Below are positions 1-9,887 of a DNA stretch of 64,000 nt, piece by piece. Each line of letters opens with the position of its first letter. Positions within the stretch are counted from its first letter, which is position 1. The position numbers and the translations under genes are program-made. The stretch is from NCBI GenBank assembly GCA_965219345.1, contig OZ244732.1, positions 960,001-1,024,000 of the forward strand, given 5' to 3'. The DNA comes from Nitrosopumilus sp. (GTDB lineage: Archaea; Thermoproteota; Nitrososphaeria; Nitrososphaerales; Nitrosopumilaceae). Under the pieces are notes generated by a model, which saw only the letters and a program-made list of their open reading frames with translations, had not been told where the DNA came from and ran no database searches.

Positions 1-133
1 ATGGCTTCTAACCGCACCAATAGAGAAGGAGCTGGTTTGGTTAGTCTTGGATAGTAGAAATACAATAAATTGATCTGAATTAGAAAAGATTATGAATATT
101 TGGAAAAAATTACAAAATTATAGTTTCAAGAAG

Positions 134-256
134 ATGGGAATAATTTTTCTAATCGTAGTTGCACTAGTTTTTCTTGGAATTTATGCCACATGCGGAAGTC
201 TCTACAAAGTGGATTGTCATGAGGTAATATTACGTAAATTCCCGAGAGGTTTTTAA
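134..256 (+). CDS. small membrane protein (40 aa)
   Basis: ATG134-TAA256, MGIIFLIVVALVFLGIYATCGSLYKVDCHEVILRKFPRGF; one hydrophobic helix; below the ORF-track size cutoff. Confidence 0.45.
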   Translation: MGIIFLIVVALVFLGIYATCGSLYKVDCHEVILRKFPRGF

Positions 257-281
257 CATGCCTTCTTTTCCTTAATTTTCG

Positions 282-826
282 ATGATGAAAAAAACATTGT
301 TTGGAATAATCATAGCAACTGTTATGATTTTTGGCGTATTTACAATAAGCCAGAATTAAGCATTAAGCGAAGAAATGGAAGACACGTCAGAACATGAACA
401 AGAAATGGAAGGCATGTCAGAACTGGAAGAAGAATCCGGCATACAATTTGTTGACACTGAAACAATTCCTTTGAAAGGAAAGTTAGCAAGTGGTGACTTT
501 ATCCTGTTAATGGATATTACTGGATTTGTTTCTGAGAGTAGACACGTTGCAATGAAGGTTCCATGCGGACCAGATGGTGAACAACTTTTGACAATTGTTT
601 CAGGAGCAGCACCTAATGCAGTTCCAATGAATATGGATTATGTTGCACTGTTGTCTGGCCCACCAAATTCGTGCGTGTTCCATGGTGAAATACCAGAGGG
701 AATAACCGATATTGCTTTGATGAATACATCGGACGACGATGTATGGTTCGTTGATCAAGGTAGTGCTGCTATACTATCATAATAACCATTGTTGGAGAAG
801 AAGCCGAACACGAAGAGCACATGTAA
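282..826 (+). pseudogene. secreted acidic/His-tailed protein, pseudogene
   Basis: Signal peptide MMKKTLFGIIIATVMIFGVFTISQN is in frame with ORF 375-782 but interrupted by TAA at 357-359; a C-terminal tail ITIVGEEAEHEEHM* continues in another frame at 782-826. Confidence 0.7.
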
Positions 827-878
827 ATTCATTCTTTTTTATTTTTTTTACATTTGATAGAACTGTAAACTAGAGTTA

Positions 879-1892
879 CTATGCTTTAGCTACTTTCATT
901 AGATTGGATATTTTGATATCCATTCCAAATCGCTTTTCGTGCTTTTTCATGTATAGGAATATTGCCATAAAGTCTGGTAATGCCTTGAAGAAGTTAAAGT
1001 CCTTGTGGATTTTTTTTCTAACGAAATTAAACACCTTAGCATATACCTTGAAGTGCTTATCAACTGCCTTTTCATATGCTGCAAAGTCATGCATATTTTC
1101 TAGGAATATATCCACACATTGCATAGATGGAATGATTCCTTCACCTAACATTGCAAAGACCGTACCAATTGATTCGCCAACACCAACTACCTTACCTGAA
1201 TAGAATGGTTTGCATCTATCTGGGGTTGCCAATCTAATTGGACGTCCTTTAGTTGCAAGTACTTTTCCTCCATATTTTTCCAAGAAATCATCAGTGGCTT
1301 TGATGTGATTCTTTTTGTAATCACCAGCTCCAATATGTGCCCATTTCTCCCCTAATGGAAAGTACCAAAAGTATCCAGACATTCCAGGGAATGGTTCCAA
1401 GTAAAAGTCATCAAATGGTACGCCATTCTCATATTCCACCTTGTACTCATATGTTGGCAAGAAGAAATCTTCTTTTAATTTTGGTAGATAAATTCTATGA
1501 AATCCTGTGCAATCAACTATCATGTCGTACTCTTTTTCTAGCTCTTCCAGCTTTGGTGCTGTTCCATAAAGTACCTTAGAATCTTTGATAAAATCTTTGA
1601 TTAGTCCTAATTTGTTATATGTACATAATCCATGCAGTCCGATATCAAATCTTACACCACTTCCCATCTTTACTTTCATGGTTTTTCCGTCATGAATCAT
1701 AAAGTCATCAAAATTTCTGCCAGTCTTTTCGCAGAACTTGTCTAGCTCTGACTTTATTGTCCCCCAAGCGCAGATAGAGTCGTGTCTCTCTTCCACCATT
1801 CTTTCATATCCTACAACTTCATGTTCAGAGTCTTTTAGTCTGGCCATCAGATAAGATCCTGCTACTCCCATACCCATTACTGCTATCTTCAA
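879..1892 (-). CDS. geranylgeranyl reductase-like FAD-dependent oxidoreductase
   Basis: N-terminal GMGVAG Rossmann motif, GYFWYFP and VGES..GEGI motifs of the GGR family. Confidence 0.8.
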   Translation of the reverse strand: MKIAVMGMGVAGSYLMARLKDSEHEVVGYERMVEERHDSICAWGTIKSELDKFCEKTGRNFDDFMIHDGKTMKVKMGSGVRFDIGLHGLCTYNKLGLIKDFIKDSKVLYGTAPKLEELEKEYDMIVDCTGFHRIYLPKLKEDFFLPTYEYKVEYENGVPFDDFYLEPFPGMSGYFWYFPLGEKWAHIGAGDYKKNHIKATDDFLEKYGGKVLATKGRPIRLATPDRCKPFYSGKVVGVGESIGTVFAMLGEGIIPSMQCVDIFLENMHDFAAYEKAVDKHFKVYAKVFNFVRKKIHKDFNFFKALPDFMAIFLYMKKHEKRFGMDIKISNLMKVAKA

Positions 1893-1959
1893 GGTATTTT
1901 GCGATTAATCACACCTAATAAAAATACATTTAGTGAGTAAACCAAAAGTTTAGTTACCT

Positions 1960-2694
1960 ATGAGGAAAAATGACAAAATGTTGATTAATAGATTTAATAA
2001 AATTTTCATTATTACTGCGATGTCATTATTTGTCGTATCTTCATTAGCTTCTGAAGCTTTAGGTTATGGTGGCCCTCCAGAACAAAGCAGTACTAACAAT
2101 TTCACTGTAGCGATATACTCTGATAAAGAATCATACAATCTTGGAGAAACAGTAACATTTTCTGGAAGTGTTAACAAGTATGATGAGGACAGAAATTTAC
2201 GGATCTCAATCTTTGATTCTAGTAACAAGTTTATTGCAACTCAGAAAACTCCAGTCAACGTTGATGGCACATTCTCTCACAGTGTAATACTAAATGAGAA
2301 ATTTTCTGATGGAAACTACATAGTTAAAGCTCAGTATGGAAGTTCAAAGACAACAGTAGAAAAAATGTCATTTGTGATAAATTCCAATGGTGCATCTATG
2401 GAAGAACAATTATCTGCTGGTCAAGTCCCTGATTGGATTAAATTTACTGCAGGTGTTTGGGTCGATGGAAACTCTTCAGATGGTGAATTTATTAGCGCAA
2501 TTAAGTTCCTTATTGAAGATAAAATTATTGTAATTCCACCAACTACACAAGGTTCAAACGGAGAATCTAATCAAGTTCCATCATGGATTAAATTCACTAC
2601 GGGTGTTTGGGTCGATGGAACATCTTCAGATGGTGAATTTATTAGCGCAATTCAATTCTTGATCAAAGAAGGAATTATGAAAATATCAAATTAA
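1960..2694 (+). CDS. secreted protein with Ig-like domain and two thaumarchaeal 'VPxWIK..AGxW' C-terminal repeats
   Basis: Signal peptide; tandem QVP(D/S)WIKFT(A/T)GVWVDG.SSDGEFISAI repeats typical of Nitrosopumilus surface proteins. Confidence 0.8.
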   Translation: MRKNDKMLINRFNKIFIITAMSLFVVSSLASEALGYGGPPEQSSTNNFTVAIYSDKESYNLGETVTFSGSVNKYDEDRNLRISIFDSSNKFIATQKTPVNVDGTFSHSVILNEKFSDGNYIVKAQYGSSKTTVEKMSFVINSNGASMEEQLSAGQVPDWIKFTAGVWVDGNSSDGEFISAIKFLIEDKIIVIPPTTQGSNGESNQVPSWIKFTTGVWVDGTSSDGEFISAIQFLIKEGIMKISN

Positions 2695-2838
2695 CTTAAA
2701 ATTTTAATTTAATTACAAACATATCTGGAAAAAAGAATTTGAGCCTGATTATTTGCGCTCAGAATCATATTTCTTGTGACATTTAGAAGAATAAAACAAA
2801 TGGTTCTAATAGTGACTAAAAAGACCTAGGAATCTGAT

Positions 2839-2988
2839 ATGAAATATCTATGCAGAACCTGTAAAACGAAATGTGATGATATTCCAATACATATGATTGA
2901 GGTACACAAATTTTCAAAATCAATTGTGGACTCACAACTCAAATCAAACCCAAATTCTTTTAAAAATGCCTTTGAAAAATTAGCATAA
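2839..2988 (+). CDS. C2H2-type zinc-finger microprotein (49 aa)
   Basis: MKYLCRTCKTKCDDIPIHMIEVHKF...; CxxC...HxxxxH; ends 13 nt before the eRF1-like gene. Confidence 0.6.
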   Translation: MKYLCRTCKTKCDDIPIHMIEVHKFSKSIVDSQLKSNPNSFKNAFEKLA

Positions 2989-3001
2989 TTATAGACCTAC
3001 A

Positions 3002-4075
3002 ATGCAAGCAAAACTTATGAAAAACAATCTGAAATCTTTAGAGATCTCCTCAGCAGAGTGGTATTCTCTAAATCAGTTTCTATATCAGATAAAACAGATT
3101 GACTCTCCATGTGTGTCGGTATACTATCCATATGGTAAGGGGAAAGAGACCATCTCTTTACTCCAAGAGACAAACAGGAAAGAGTCATTTGAAAGAATTG
3201 AATCAGCAATTGAGAAAAGAATCATACATCTTAGGAAGAATCCTTCGTCAGTAGGCAAGTTTGCAAAGACTCTATGTATTTTTGGATGGATAAAGAATGG
3301 CAAAGTACACACCAAAGAAATTGGAACCTCCAAGAGACTTCCCTACATCTACATGGCAAGCAAAAAACCATACATCAAACCATTCCGTGATATTCTCAAA
3401 ACCAATCATGATGTTTTACTAGTAACTCTTGATCAAAAATCTGCAAGAATACAGAAATTTCACGGGAGTCAGATAATTCAAGAAGCTAAACTTGGAATTG
3501 ATCTCCGAAGTAGACATAGAAAAGGAGGACAGAGTCAGGGAAGATTTCTAAGGGCAAGACAAACAAAGATTCATGTCTTCTTTAAGAAAGTTGCAACCAA
3601 AGTCAGAAACATGGATTCTAATTCTGAGTTGATACTGTTAGGTGGAATAGGTCCTGCAAAGACAGAATTTTACGGAGAACTAGACTCGGAACTGGTAAAA
3701 AAATGTCGATTTGTACAAGACTTGTCTTTCTCTACTCCTATTCATGATATTCACAAGAAGATAATTCATCACTTGTACCAGTATAGAAGACGATATGTCG
3801 CACAAATAATTGAAAAATACGAGAAACTATTCAAAGATGGACTAACTGCGAAAAGAAATGATGTTATCTACAAGGCATTAGAGATTGGAGCCGTAGATAC
3901 GCTTATTGTTTCTGTAGACTATCACACCAACTCCCAATTCAAAAGTATAATGAAGATGCTAGAGATTGCTAGAAATAATTCCACTAGAATAGAGTTTGCA
4001 GTATCTCCAAAAATTATTGAAAAACTAGATCTTCATAATTCTGTTCTAGCTATACTTCGATACAGAATAAAATAA
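3002..4075 (+). CDS. aRF1/eRF1 paralogue (archaeo-eukaryotic release-factor superfamily)
   Basis: HRKGGQSQGRF catalytic loop, CVSVY N-terminal strand, ALEIGAVDTLIV domain 3; no NIKS motif. Confidence 0.8.
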   Translation: MQAKLMKNNLKSLEISSAEWYSLNQFLYQIKQIDSPCVSVYYPYGKGKETISLLQETNRKESFERIESAIEKRIIHLRKNPSSVGKFAKTLCIFGWIKNGKVHTKEIGTSKRLPYIYMASKKPYIKPFRDILKTNHDVLLVTLDQKSARIQKFHGSQIIQEAKLGIDLRSRHRKGGQSQGRFLRARQTKIHVFFKKVATKVRNMDSNSELILLGGIGPAKTEFYGELDSELVKKCRFVQDLSFSTPIHDIHKKIIHHLYQYRRRYVAQIIEKYEKLFKDGLTAKRNDVIYKALEIGAVDTLIVSVDYHTNSQFKSIMKMLEIARNNSTRIEFAVSPKIIEKLDLHNSVLAILRYRIK

Positions 4076-4107
4076 TCATTTTTAACCATTGAATTATATA
4101 TTTTTCC

Positions 4108-4359
4108 ATGGATTTCATGTTGGAAGAAGAATTGATAGACTTGATGACATTTTGCCTGCAAAATCCAGATTCTGCAGAAATTAATGATAAACATTCAAGA
4201 ATCACTGAGATTGGTCATGAACTTTATGCTGATGGTGGAGTTGATGCTTTGGAGAACTTTGCTTTTGTTTTAAAAAATCGAATTACACAAGAAATAGATA
4301 AAGATCCATCCTCGATGCGTTCGCTATGGAATGGTCTAACTGATGAATGGAAATACTAG
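4108..4359 (+). CDS. hypothetical protein
   Basis: 83-aa ORF with clean start and stop. Confidence 0.7.
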   Translation: MDFMLEEELIDLMTFCLQNPDSAEINDKHSRITEIGHELYADGGVDALENFAFVLKNRITQEIDKDPSSMRSLWNGLTDEWKY

Positions 4360-4361
4360 TT

Positions 4362-4715
4362 TCATAAATCGAATGTAACGTCCAAGAATTCTCCAATTTC
4401 CTTGAATGTGAAATTATGTGAATCATTGAGTGTTTTGATAATTAGTGATATCTCTGCATTATAATCCCAAGAAAAATCATCTCCCATAAGATATGGGTAC
4501 ACTTTTTCTTCCCTTATTCCGTATGATTGCAATATTTCATAATGACTTGCAAACAATTTTTCTCTACTCAAATGAACAGCTGGATCATCACTCTCACACG
4601 CTAATACACCAAGCGCAGACTTGCCAACTACTTCATCTGTGTTGTCTTTGAATTTAATTAAATGGTTAGTAATTTGTGGAATGGTTGTCTCCTTTAGTAT
4701 CTGGCTAATCTTCAT
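4362..4715 (-). CDS. hypothetical protein
   Basis: 117-aa ORF ending in LNDSHNFTFKEIGEFL. Confidence 0.7.
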   Translation of the reverse strand: MKISQILKETTIPQITNHLIKFKDNTDEVVGKSALGVLACESDDPAVHLSREKLFASHYEILQSYGIREEKVYPYLMGDDFSWDYNAEISLIIKTLNDSHNFTFKEIGEFLDVTFDL

Positions 4716-5046
4716 TATTTTGCGATTCGTTTAATGTCTAATAAAAATAATGTCAGTTAATCTTTAAATTCATCAATTCTAAGAGTATTTTTTCATGATC
4801 AACTTCTAGTTCTGTACTAAGCAAGACAAAAGACCCGTCTCTTAACTCTCTAGTTATTCGTTTTACCTTTTCATATATTGTAACTGAATATATTGATCTG
4901 CCTATTGATGAGAAAAGGAGTTCTTTTCACTTTGTAATAGGCGCTGCCTTAATACTACCTAAACTTCAATCAAACCCACAAATTAGGAACAAATTAATTC
5001 TATACTATTTATTGCCCATATTTCTTGGATTAGTGATTCTATTTGG

Positions 5047-5253
5047 TTGATTCACCAATTTTTAATATTGGGAAGTGCTACCAAAAACATGGCTGACACA
5101 TCTAAAAAAAAACAGGATGTGTTAGAAGAAAAACGTGTTCTAGATCTGTATAATTGTAAAGATATTCCACTACAATACGAAATTAAACCTAGAGGTACTA
5201 TCGAATTCGTCGAATCTGATGAAATAAAAAAAGAAGATTTTTTAGATGATTAG
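5047..5253 (+). CDS. hypothetical small protein (probable start ATG 5089)
   Basis: ORF track; MADTSKKKQ... start follows an AT-rich promoter-like stretch. Confidence 0.45.
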   Translation: MIHQFLILGSATKNMADTSKKKQDVLEEKRVLDLYNCKDIPLQYEIKPRGTIEFVESDEIKKEDFLDD

Positions 5254-5300
5254 TAAATATTTATTAAAATTGACAATTATTATAAATTTACAAGCAGTAA

Positions 5301-5573
5301 TCAAAAAAATTTGGTAAAACCGCCAGTTATTATGATGGTGAGATTTGCAAATTTGATTTGAACATTCTTAGCTGTGTCATTTCCTATATTAAACAAGTTA
5401 AAATTAATTGTTGCATCATTGTCATCATGATAAATAATTCCCGTATCTTTAGTTAAAATGATCTTTTCTAATGAAGATACTAATTTTGGTCCTCCTTCTG
5501 CAGCATATATGGGATTTGACAAGGTGATTGATACTAGTAATAATAAGATTATTGATACGACCATTCTTTTCAA
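5301..5573 (-). pseudogene. truncated secreted protein (signal peptide + partial Ig/CARDB-like strand)
   Basis: Signal peptide then FNLFNIGNDTAKNV; ends abruptly. Confidence 0.45.
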
Positions 5574-5583
5574 TTTTTTTCAC

Positions 5584-6648
5584 TTATTTTGGTATATTAA
5601 ATAATGACCATATCACACGATGATCAGATATTGCCCATTTTGTATATGCTCTAAATTGTGATTTTCTTTTAGTATTGTATAATTTCTGAAAACATACAGT
5701 ATCAAAAGCAAAAATTTGTGCTTTGTGTTCCTTTGTTACTTTAATTTTCTTAGAAAATGGTTCTGAGACAACAAGTTGATCATAATATGCATTATTATTG
5801 ATGTTAGAACCCTTTTTGATTTGTTTGTCTTTGAGTTTGTTTGAATCATCATTAATTGTAGAATCTGATTTAATTACACTTCCTTTTCCAATATGCTCAT
5901 GGTAGCGTAGTGGAGCTAGATGTTTTCTCTTTAGTCTTTTGTATACTGCATCTGTTTTTTCCATTCTTGGTACATTAAAATCTCCTAAAAGTAAAATATT
6001 ATGAGAAAATAATTCATTCTTATCTTTTTTTAATAATTTTTCAATCCAACTTGTAAGTGAATATATTTCTAATACTCTTTGTTGAAATTGACGTGTCTTT
6101 TCACTCTTTTTTCCATAATAGATATGTGAATTATATGTAGTAAAAGTTGTTGAATTAAATTTCCAAGATGCCAAGTATGACGGTCTATCATACCCTCTGA
6201 ATTTTACTGATTTTCCATTAAACTTTAATGATTTTCTTTGAGATGGTGGAATTGTTAATTCTCCAATATGATTTAACAATTCTAATCGTTTGGGTTTGTA
6301 GATGTATGTCATCCGTTCCTTGTTTCCTCCCGTATCGCTGAATAAGCATACATGAGTTCTTTTTAATATATTCATGATTTTGTTCAAACCAGTCATATTA
6401 GCATTAACTTCTTGTATGGCGATTAGATCAAATGGTTTTATGATTTCTGCAATCAAATTATAACAAGAATTTGTTCTTTCTTGGACATCAAAATTTGCTA
6501 TATTCCAACTTCCTATCAACAATTGATTTTTCTTTGGTTTTGAAATTCCTTCAGGGATTGCCTTGCGTTGTAATTTACGAATGGCTTTGATCTCTACTTT
6601 TTTATTAAAATTATATGTAAATGTTTTAGGTCTACAAAAAGGAGGCAC
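5584..6648 (-). CDS. endonuclease/exonuclease/phosphatase (DNase I-like EEP) family protein
   Basis: SWNIANF, DLIAIQEV, NSHIYYG, LLGDFN, YYDQL and ISDHRVI motifs. Confidence 0.9.
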   Translation of the reverse strand: MPPFCRPKTFTYNFNKKVEIKAIRKLQRKAIPEGISKPKKNQLLIGSWNIANFDVQERTNSCYNLIAEIIKPFDLIAIQEVNANMTGLNKIMNILKRTHVCLFSDTGGNKERMTYIYKPKRLELLNHIGELTIPPSQRKSLKFNGKSVKFRGYDRPSYLASWKFNSTTFTTYNSHIYYGKKSEKTRQFQQRVLEIYSLTSWIEKLLKKDKNELFSHNILLLGDFNVPRMEKTDAVYKRLKRKHLAPLRYHEHIGKGSVIKSDSTINDDSNKLKDKQIKKGSNINNNAYYDQLVVSEPFSKKIKVTKEHKAQIFAFDTVCFQKLYNTKRKSQFRAYTKWAISDHRVIWSLFNIPK

Positions 6649-6844
6649 ATTATAGTTAATTTTGTACTAGTACTAAACTCTTCAGGTATTACTTACTTGA
6701 AGTATTATTTCATGAAATTACTTTATCGTTTATTAAAACAGAAGATTCACTCTTTGAATTTATTTGATCGATGTTAATCCATTTTGGTGGAAATGGATGG
6801 ATTGAATAAAGTTCTTTTAATTGTTTAACATCCTGTAAGAACCA

Positions 6845-7252
6845 TGCTTGGAAAAAACAATACAAAGCCAAGAATTTACTGCACAAGGAAACAGAACACC
6901 ATAGACACATTCACCTTTCAGGGGATATGAACAACAACCAGATGGAATCCTTTAACGGAAACACACTAAGAATGAGAGAGAAAATTGTTAGGGGAATAAA
7001 GAAAGACGATTCTGCAATACTCAAGTTTTTCAGGATCTATGTAGATTGGATTCCAGTCCTAGGGGAATAAAGAAAGACGATTCTGCAATACTCAAGGGTA
7101 TGCAGCTTCACCACAACTACATTAGACCACACTAAGGATTGGATGGTGATACACCCACTGACGGGGCAGGAATCAGGGTTATGGGTGATAATAAATGGAA
7201 GACGATAATTCAGAATGCGGTAAAATCTGATCTACCGAGCTGTCCCAAGTAG
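6845..7252 (+). pseudogene. IS6-family DDE transposase 3' remnant
   Basis: AWKKQYKAKNLLHKETEHHRHIHLSGDMNNNQMESFNG...HHNYIRPH*GLDGDTP...NKWKTIIQNA; homologous to the C-terminus of 47953-49095; internal stop and a 71-bp insertion/duplication. Confidence 0.85.
6989..7096. repeat. 37-bp exact direct repeat flanking a 34-bp unique insert
   Basis: TAGGGGAATAAAGAAAGACGATTCTGCAATACTCAAG at 6989-7025 and 7060-7096; insert at 7026-7059. Confidence 0.95.
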
Positions 7253-7474
7253 AATTATCTACCACTGATGTACCAGTTCAGGTTTTTGTGATATAACTGG
7301 GTTTTGAACATAATAGTTACTAAGATATAATTTGAGAGACTATAAAAGATGATTTAATGTGAATGTGTTGTTCATACTCCTGAAAATCTACCTAAATATT
7401 TTTTCAGATCCTATCTTATGTCTTCATAAAACATCAAATAAGATAAATCATATTTAGTATCGGTTTTATTTTGT

Positions 7475-8263
7475 TTATGAATCCAGTAATTCGGATTTTT
7501 TCTTTTCAAAGTCTGTTTCGGTGATAACATCCATTATCATCATATCATACCATTCCCTGATTTGGATTCGTTTATCTTCATCACTCATCTGGGTTGATTT
7601 TAGATTGTCTGCAGTCTGTTTGATTTTTTTAGTAGCATCCATACTTTTCATTTTGATTTTTTCAGTAGAGATTTTCTCACTTGTTTTTTTACCAATATCT
7701 ATCACACTTGAAGCAGTTTTGTTAGAATATTGTTTTAATTTATCAGTAATGTTTCGTTGTGGTAGTATGGCTTTTTTCCATTCTCTTTTTGATTTGTAAC
7801 CACAGGCCTTTAGATTGTATTGTGTCGTCCACTTGAACATAAAATAAACTACAATAAAGATAGAGCCAAGAAAGATAACTGTATGATACAAAACAATTAA
7901 CGAAAATGAAATTAAAAATATAAAATCATCCAAATTTCCACTGTGAGGAAAGTAATCATAAATCAACTCACTAAGAAAAATCTCTAGATGATAGTGGGGT
8001 TCAATGTAAAGTGAATACCCAATACTTTCAGTTATGGTCATATCTTGATCAATTTCAAGAGGATATAAAATATAATCAAGAATAAACCAGACAGTTAGAA
8101 AAACTACAAATAATGGTATCCATTTTCTTGTCTTATGCATTTTGCTTGTCCAAAGTAGTGCAAATATTGAACATGAGAAAAAACAAGCCCAAAACCTAGA
8201 TAGTGGTTGTTGTGGTTTGGCTTGATCTTCTGTGATTTTTGGATCAGCCATATATTTGAGCAA
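7475..8263 (-). CDS. membrane protein with C-terminal SHOCT-like domain
   Basis: About three TM segments; C-terminus IREWYDMMIMDVITETDFEKKKSELL. Confidence 0.7.
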   Translation of the reverse strand: MLKYMADPKITEDQAKPQQPLSRFWACFFSCSIFALLWTSKMHKTRKWIPLFVVFLTVWFILDYILYPLEIDQDMTITESIGYSLYIEPHYHLEIFLSELIYDYFPHSGNLDDFIFLISFSLIVLYHTVIFLGSIFIVVYFMFKWTTQYNLKACGYKSKREWKKAILPQRNITDKLKQYSNKTASSVIDIGKKTSEKISTEKIKMKSMDATKKIKQTADNLKSTQMSDEDKRIQIREWYDMMIMDVITETDFEKKKSELLDS

Positions 8264-8415
8264 AAATTAGAGAATAAAAACAATACTACACTTAAATTAT
8301 TTTTATTCCTGTTAAAAAATAGGAAAATTGAGGGTTAATTGTATCTATGACAACCCTAATACGACTTGCGATCTAATATCTAATCGATTTTTGATCGTCA
8401 TGTTTTTAATTAATA

Positions 8416-9480
8416 GAGATTATGCGTAATCGATCATAATATCCGCACAATACGTGGTTTTACGATACACACGCACGTCAGCGGCAGAACGGCTTGCAGC
8501 CAGATAATCCGCACAACACATGAACAAAAACGCCAGAATCCAAAATGCAATGCGCAGCCCTGCAGCACCGCCACGTGCTCCGAAATCACATCGTCAATCC
8601 GGTGGCACTTGCTGCCACCCGCGGCGCTAACCAAGAAATCTTCTGCGTAGCTTGGGACTTCCCCTGTGAAGCGTCTTCATCAGGTGCAGGTTTACCAGGC
8701 CCGCAACGACATTCATCTCGCAGTTGAGCTCGTCCTCGGTGCCGCCGTACGGCTCTGTCATCCTGGCATACTGCTTTATCCTGCCTATGCTGTTCTCCAC
8801 TGTCACCTTGATGCCGCCTACCTTCTTGTTGCGCTTCTTTTGCTCATCTGTCAGATTTCGGGCCTCCCCCTCCTTTCCCTTTCTTCTTCTTGGTCTTTTG
8901 TACGGCATGATTACGTTTGCGCCCAGAAGATCCTTTTGCATTCCCTGATACCCAAGATCCATGTATGCGGTAAACCTCTCGCTTTTTGGATTGGACCCGT
9001 CGTGCATTTTTTCAGCCCACCTGCCAAACGGAATCGGATCTTCCCTGAGCAGTGTTATGTCATGGGTCTTTCCAACGACGGTGCTGCCGATTCCCAGGAT
9101 GATGTTGTTTGTAGCGGACACTGGTTGTGTTGAACGTATGCCTCTTTTTCTTGCCTGAATACATCTCCTTTCTTCTGTCCTTCTTGCCGGAACGGCGCAC
9201 GGGTATGTGGGTGCCGTCGACCAGCAGCGTTCCTGCGCCCCTGCATTCACTGGGATGTTGATGCCATGTCTGGTCTTCCACAGGCCGCGCTCAAGATCCA
9301 GCTCCTCGTTTTTCTGCTCCAGCTCCTTGCCTTTCTGCCCCAGGGTCTTCTTTAGTTTTTTGATCTCCTGTTGCAGCCTGCGTATGGTTTGATCAGATGA
9401 ATCTGGCATTTGATGTGTGGCATGATCGTGTCTGATCTAAACTTATCGGCGTGGGGTTTGGAGGGATTACGCATAATCTC
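8416..9480 (-). mobile_element. IS5-like (DDE_Tnp_4-type) insertion sequence, degenerate
   Basis: Perfect 16-bp TIR GAGATTATGCGTAATC / GATTACGCATAATCTC flanked by TA on both sides; GC-rich relative to host. Confidence 0.85.
8627..9409 (-). pseudogene. IS5-like transposase, frameshifted
   Basis: The LLVDGTHIPV..YSGKKKRHTFN motif lies in another frame (9060-9281) than YMDLGYQG and VENSIGRIK. Confidence 0.8.
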
Positions 9481-9549
9481 TATTATTGGAGAATATATAA
9501 AATCACATAATAAGAGAGTAGAATCCAAAGAAATAAGTCCGAATTCTGT

Positions 9550-9611
9550 ATCAAATTATAACAAGAATTTGTTCTTTCTTGGACATCAAAATTTGCTATA
9601 TTCCAACTTCC
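9550..9611. repeat. 62-bp exact copy of 6452-6513 (5' part of the EEP gene)
   Basis: ATCAAATTATAACAAGAATTTGTTCTTTCTTGGACATCAAAATTTGCTATATTCCAACTTCC is present at both sites in the same orientation. Confidence 0.95.
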
Positions 9612-9887
9612 CAGATATTATGTAATTTCTGATTTAGAATCAGGTGATGCTGCTGATATATCACTACAGGTATCTGCTGCTCTAATTGATGACTTGTATA
9701 GAGGACCAGCAACACAAACAATTACATCAATTGTTGAATGTAATAGTTAATCTTTTTTTCTTTTTATTAATTTAAATTAAACATGAAACAATATTTTAGA
9801 TTGTATTGTTTTATTTAATATCAGAAATACTACTCTATCAAAATAAAAAACTAATAACTTTATAATTTGGATAAAATAATAAAACCT

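Noticed and set aside
6989-7096. Functional CRISPR array
   Set aside because: Only two repeats, the repeat is transposase coding sequence, and there is no leader or cas gene in the window; reported as a scar instead
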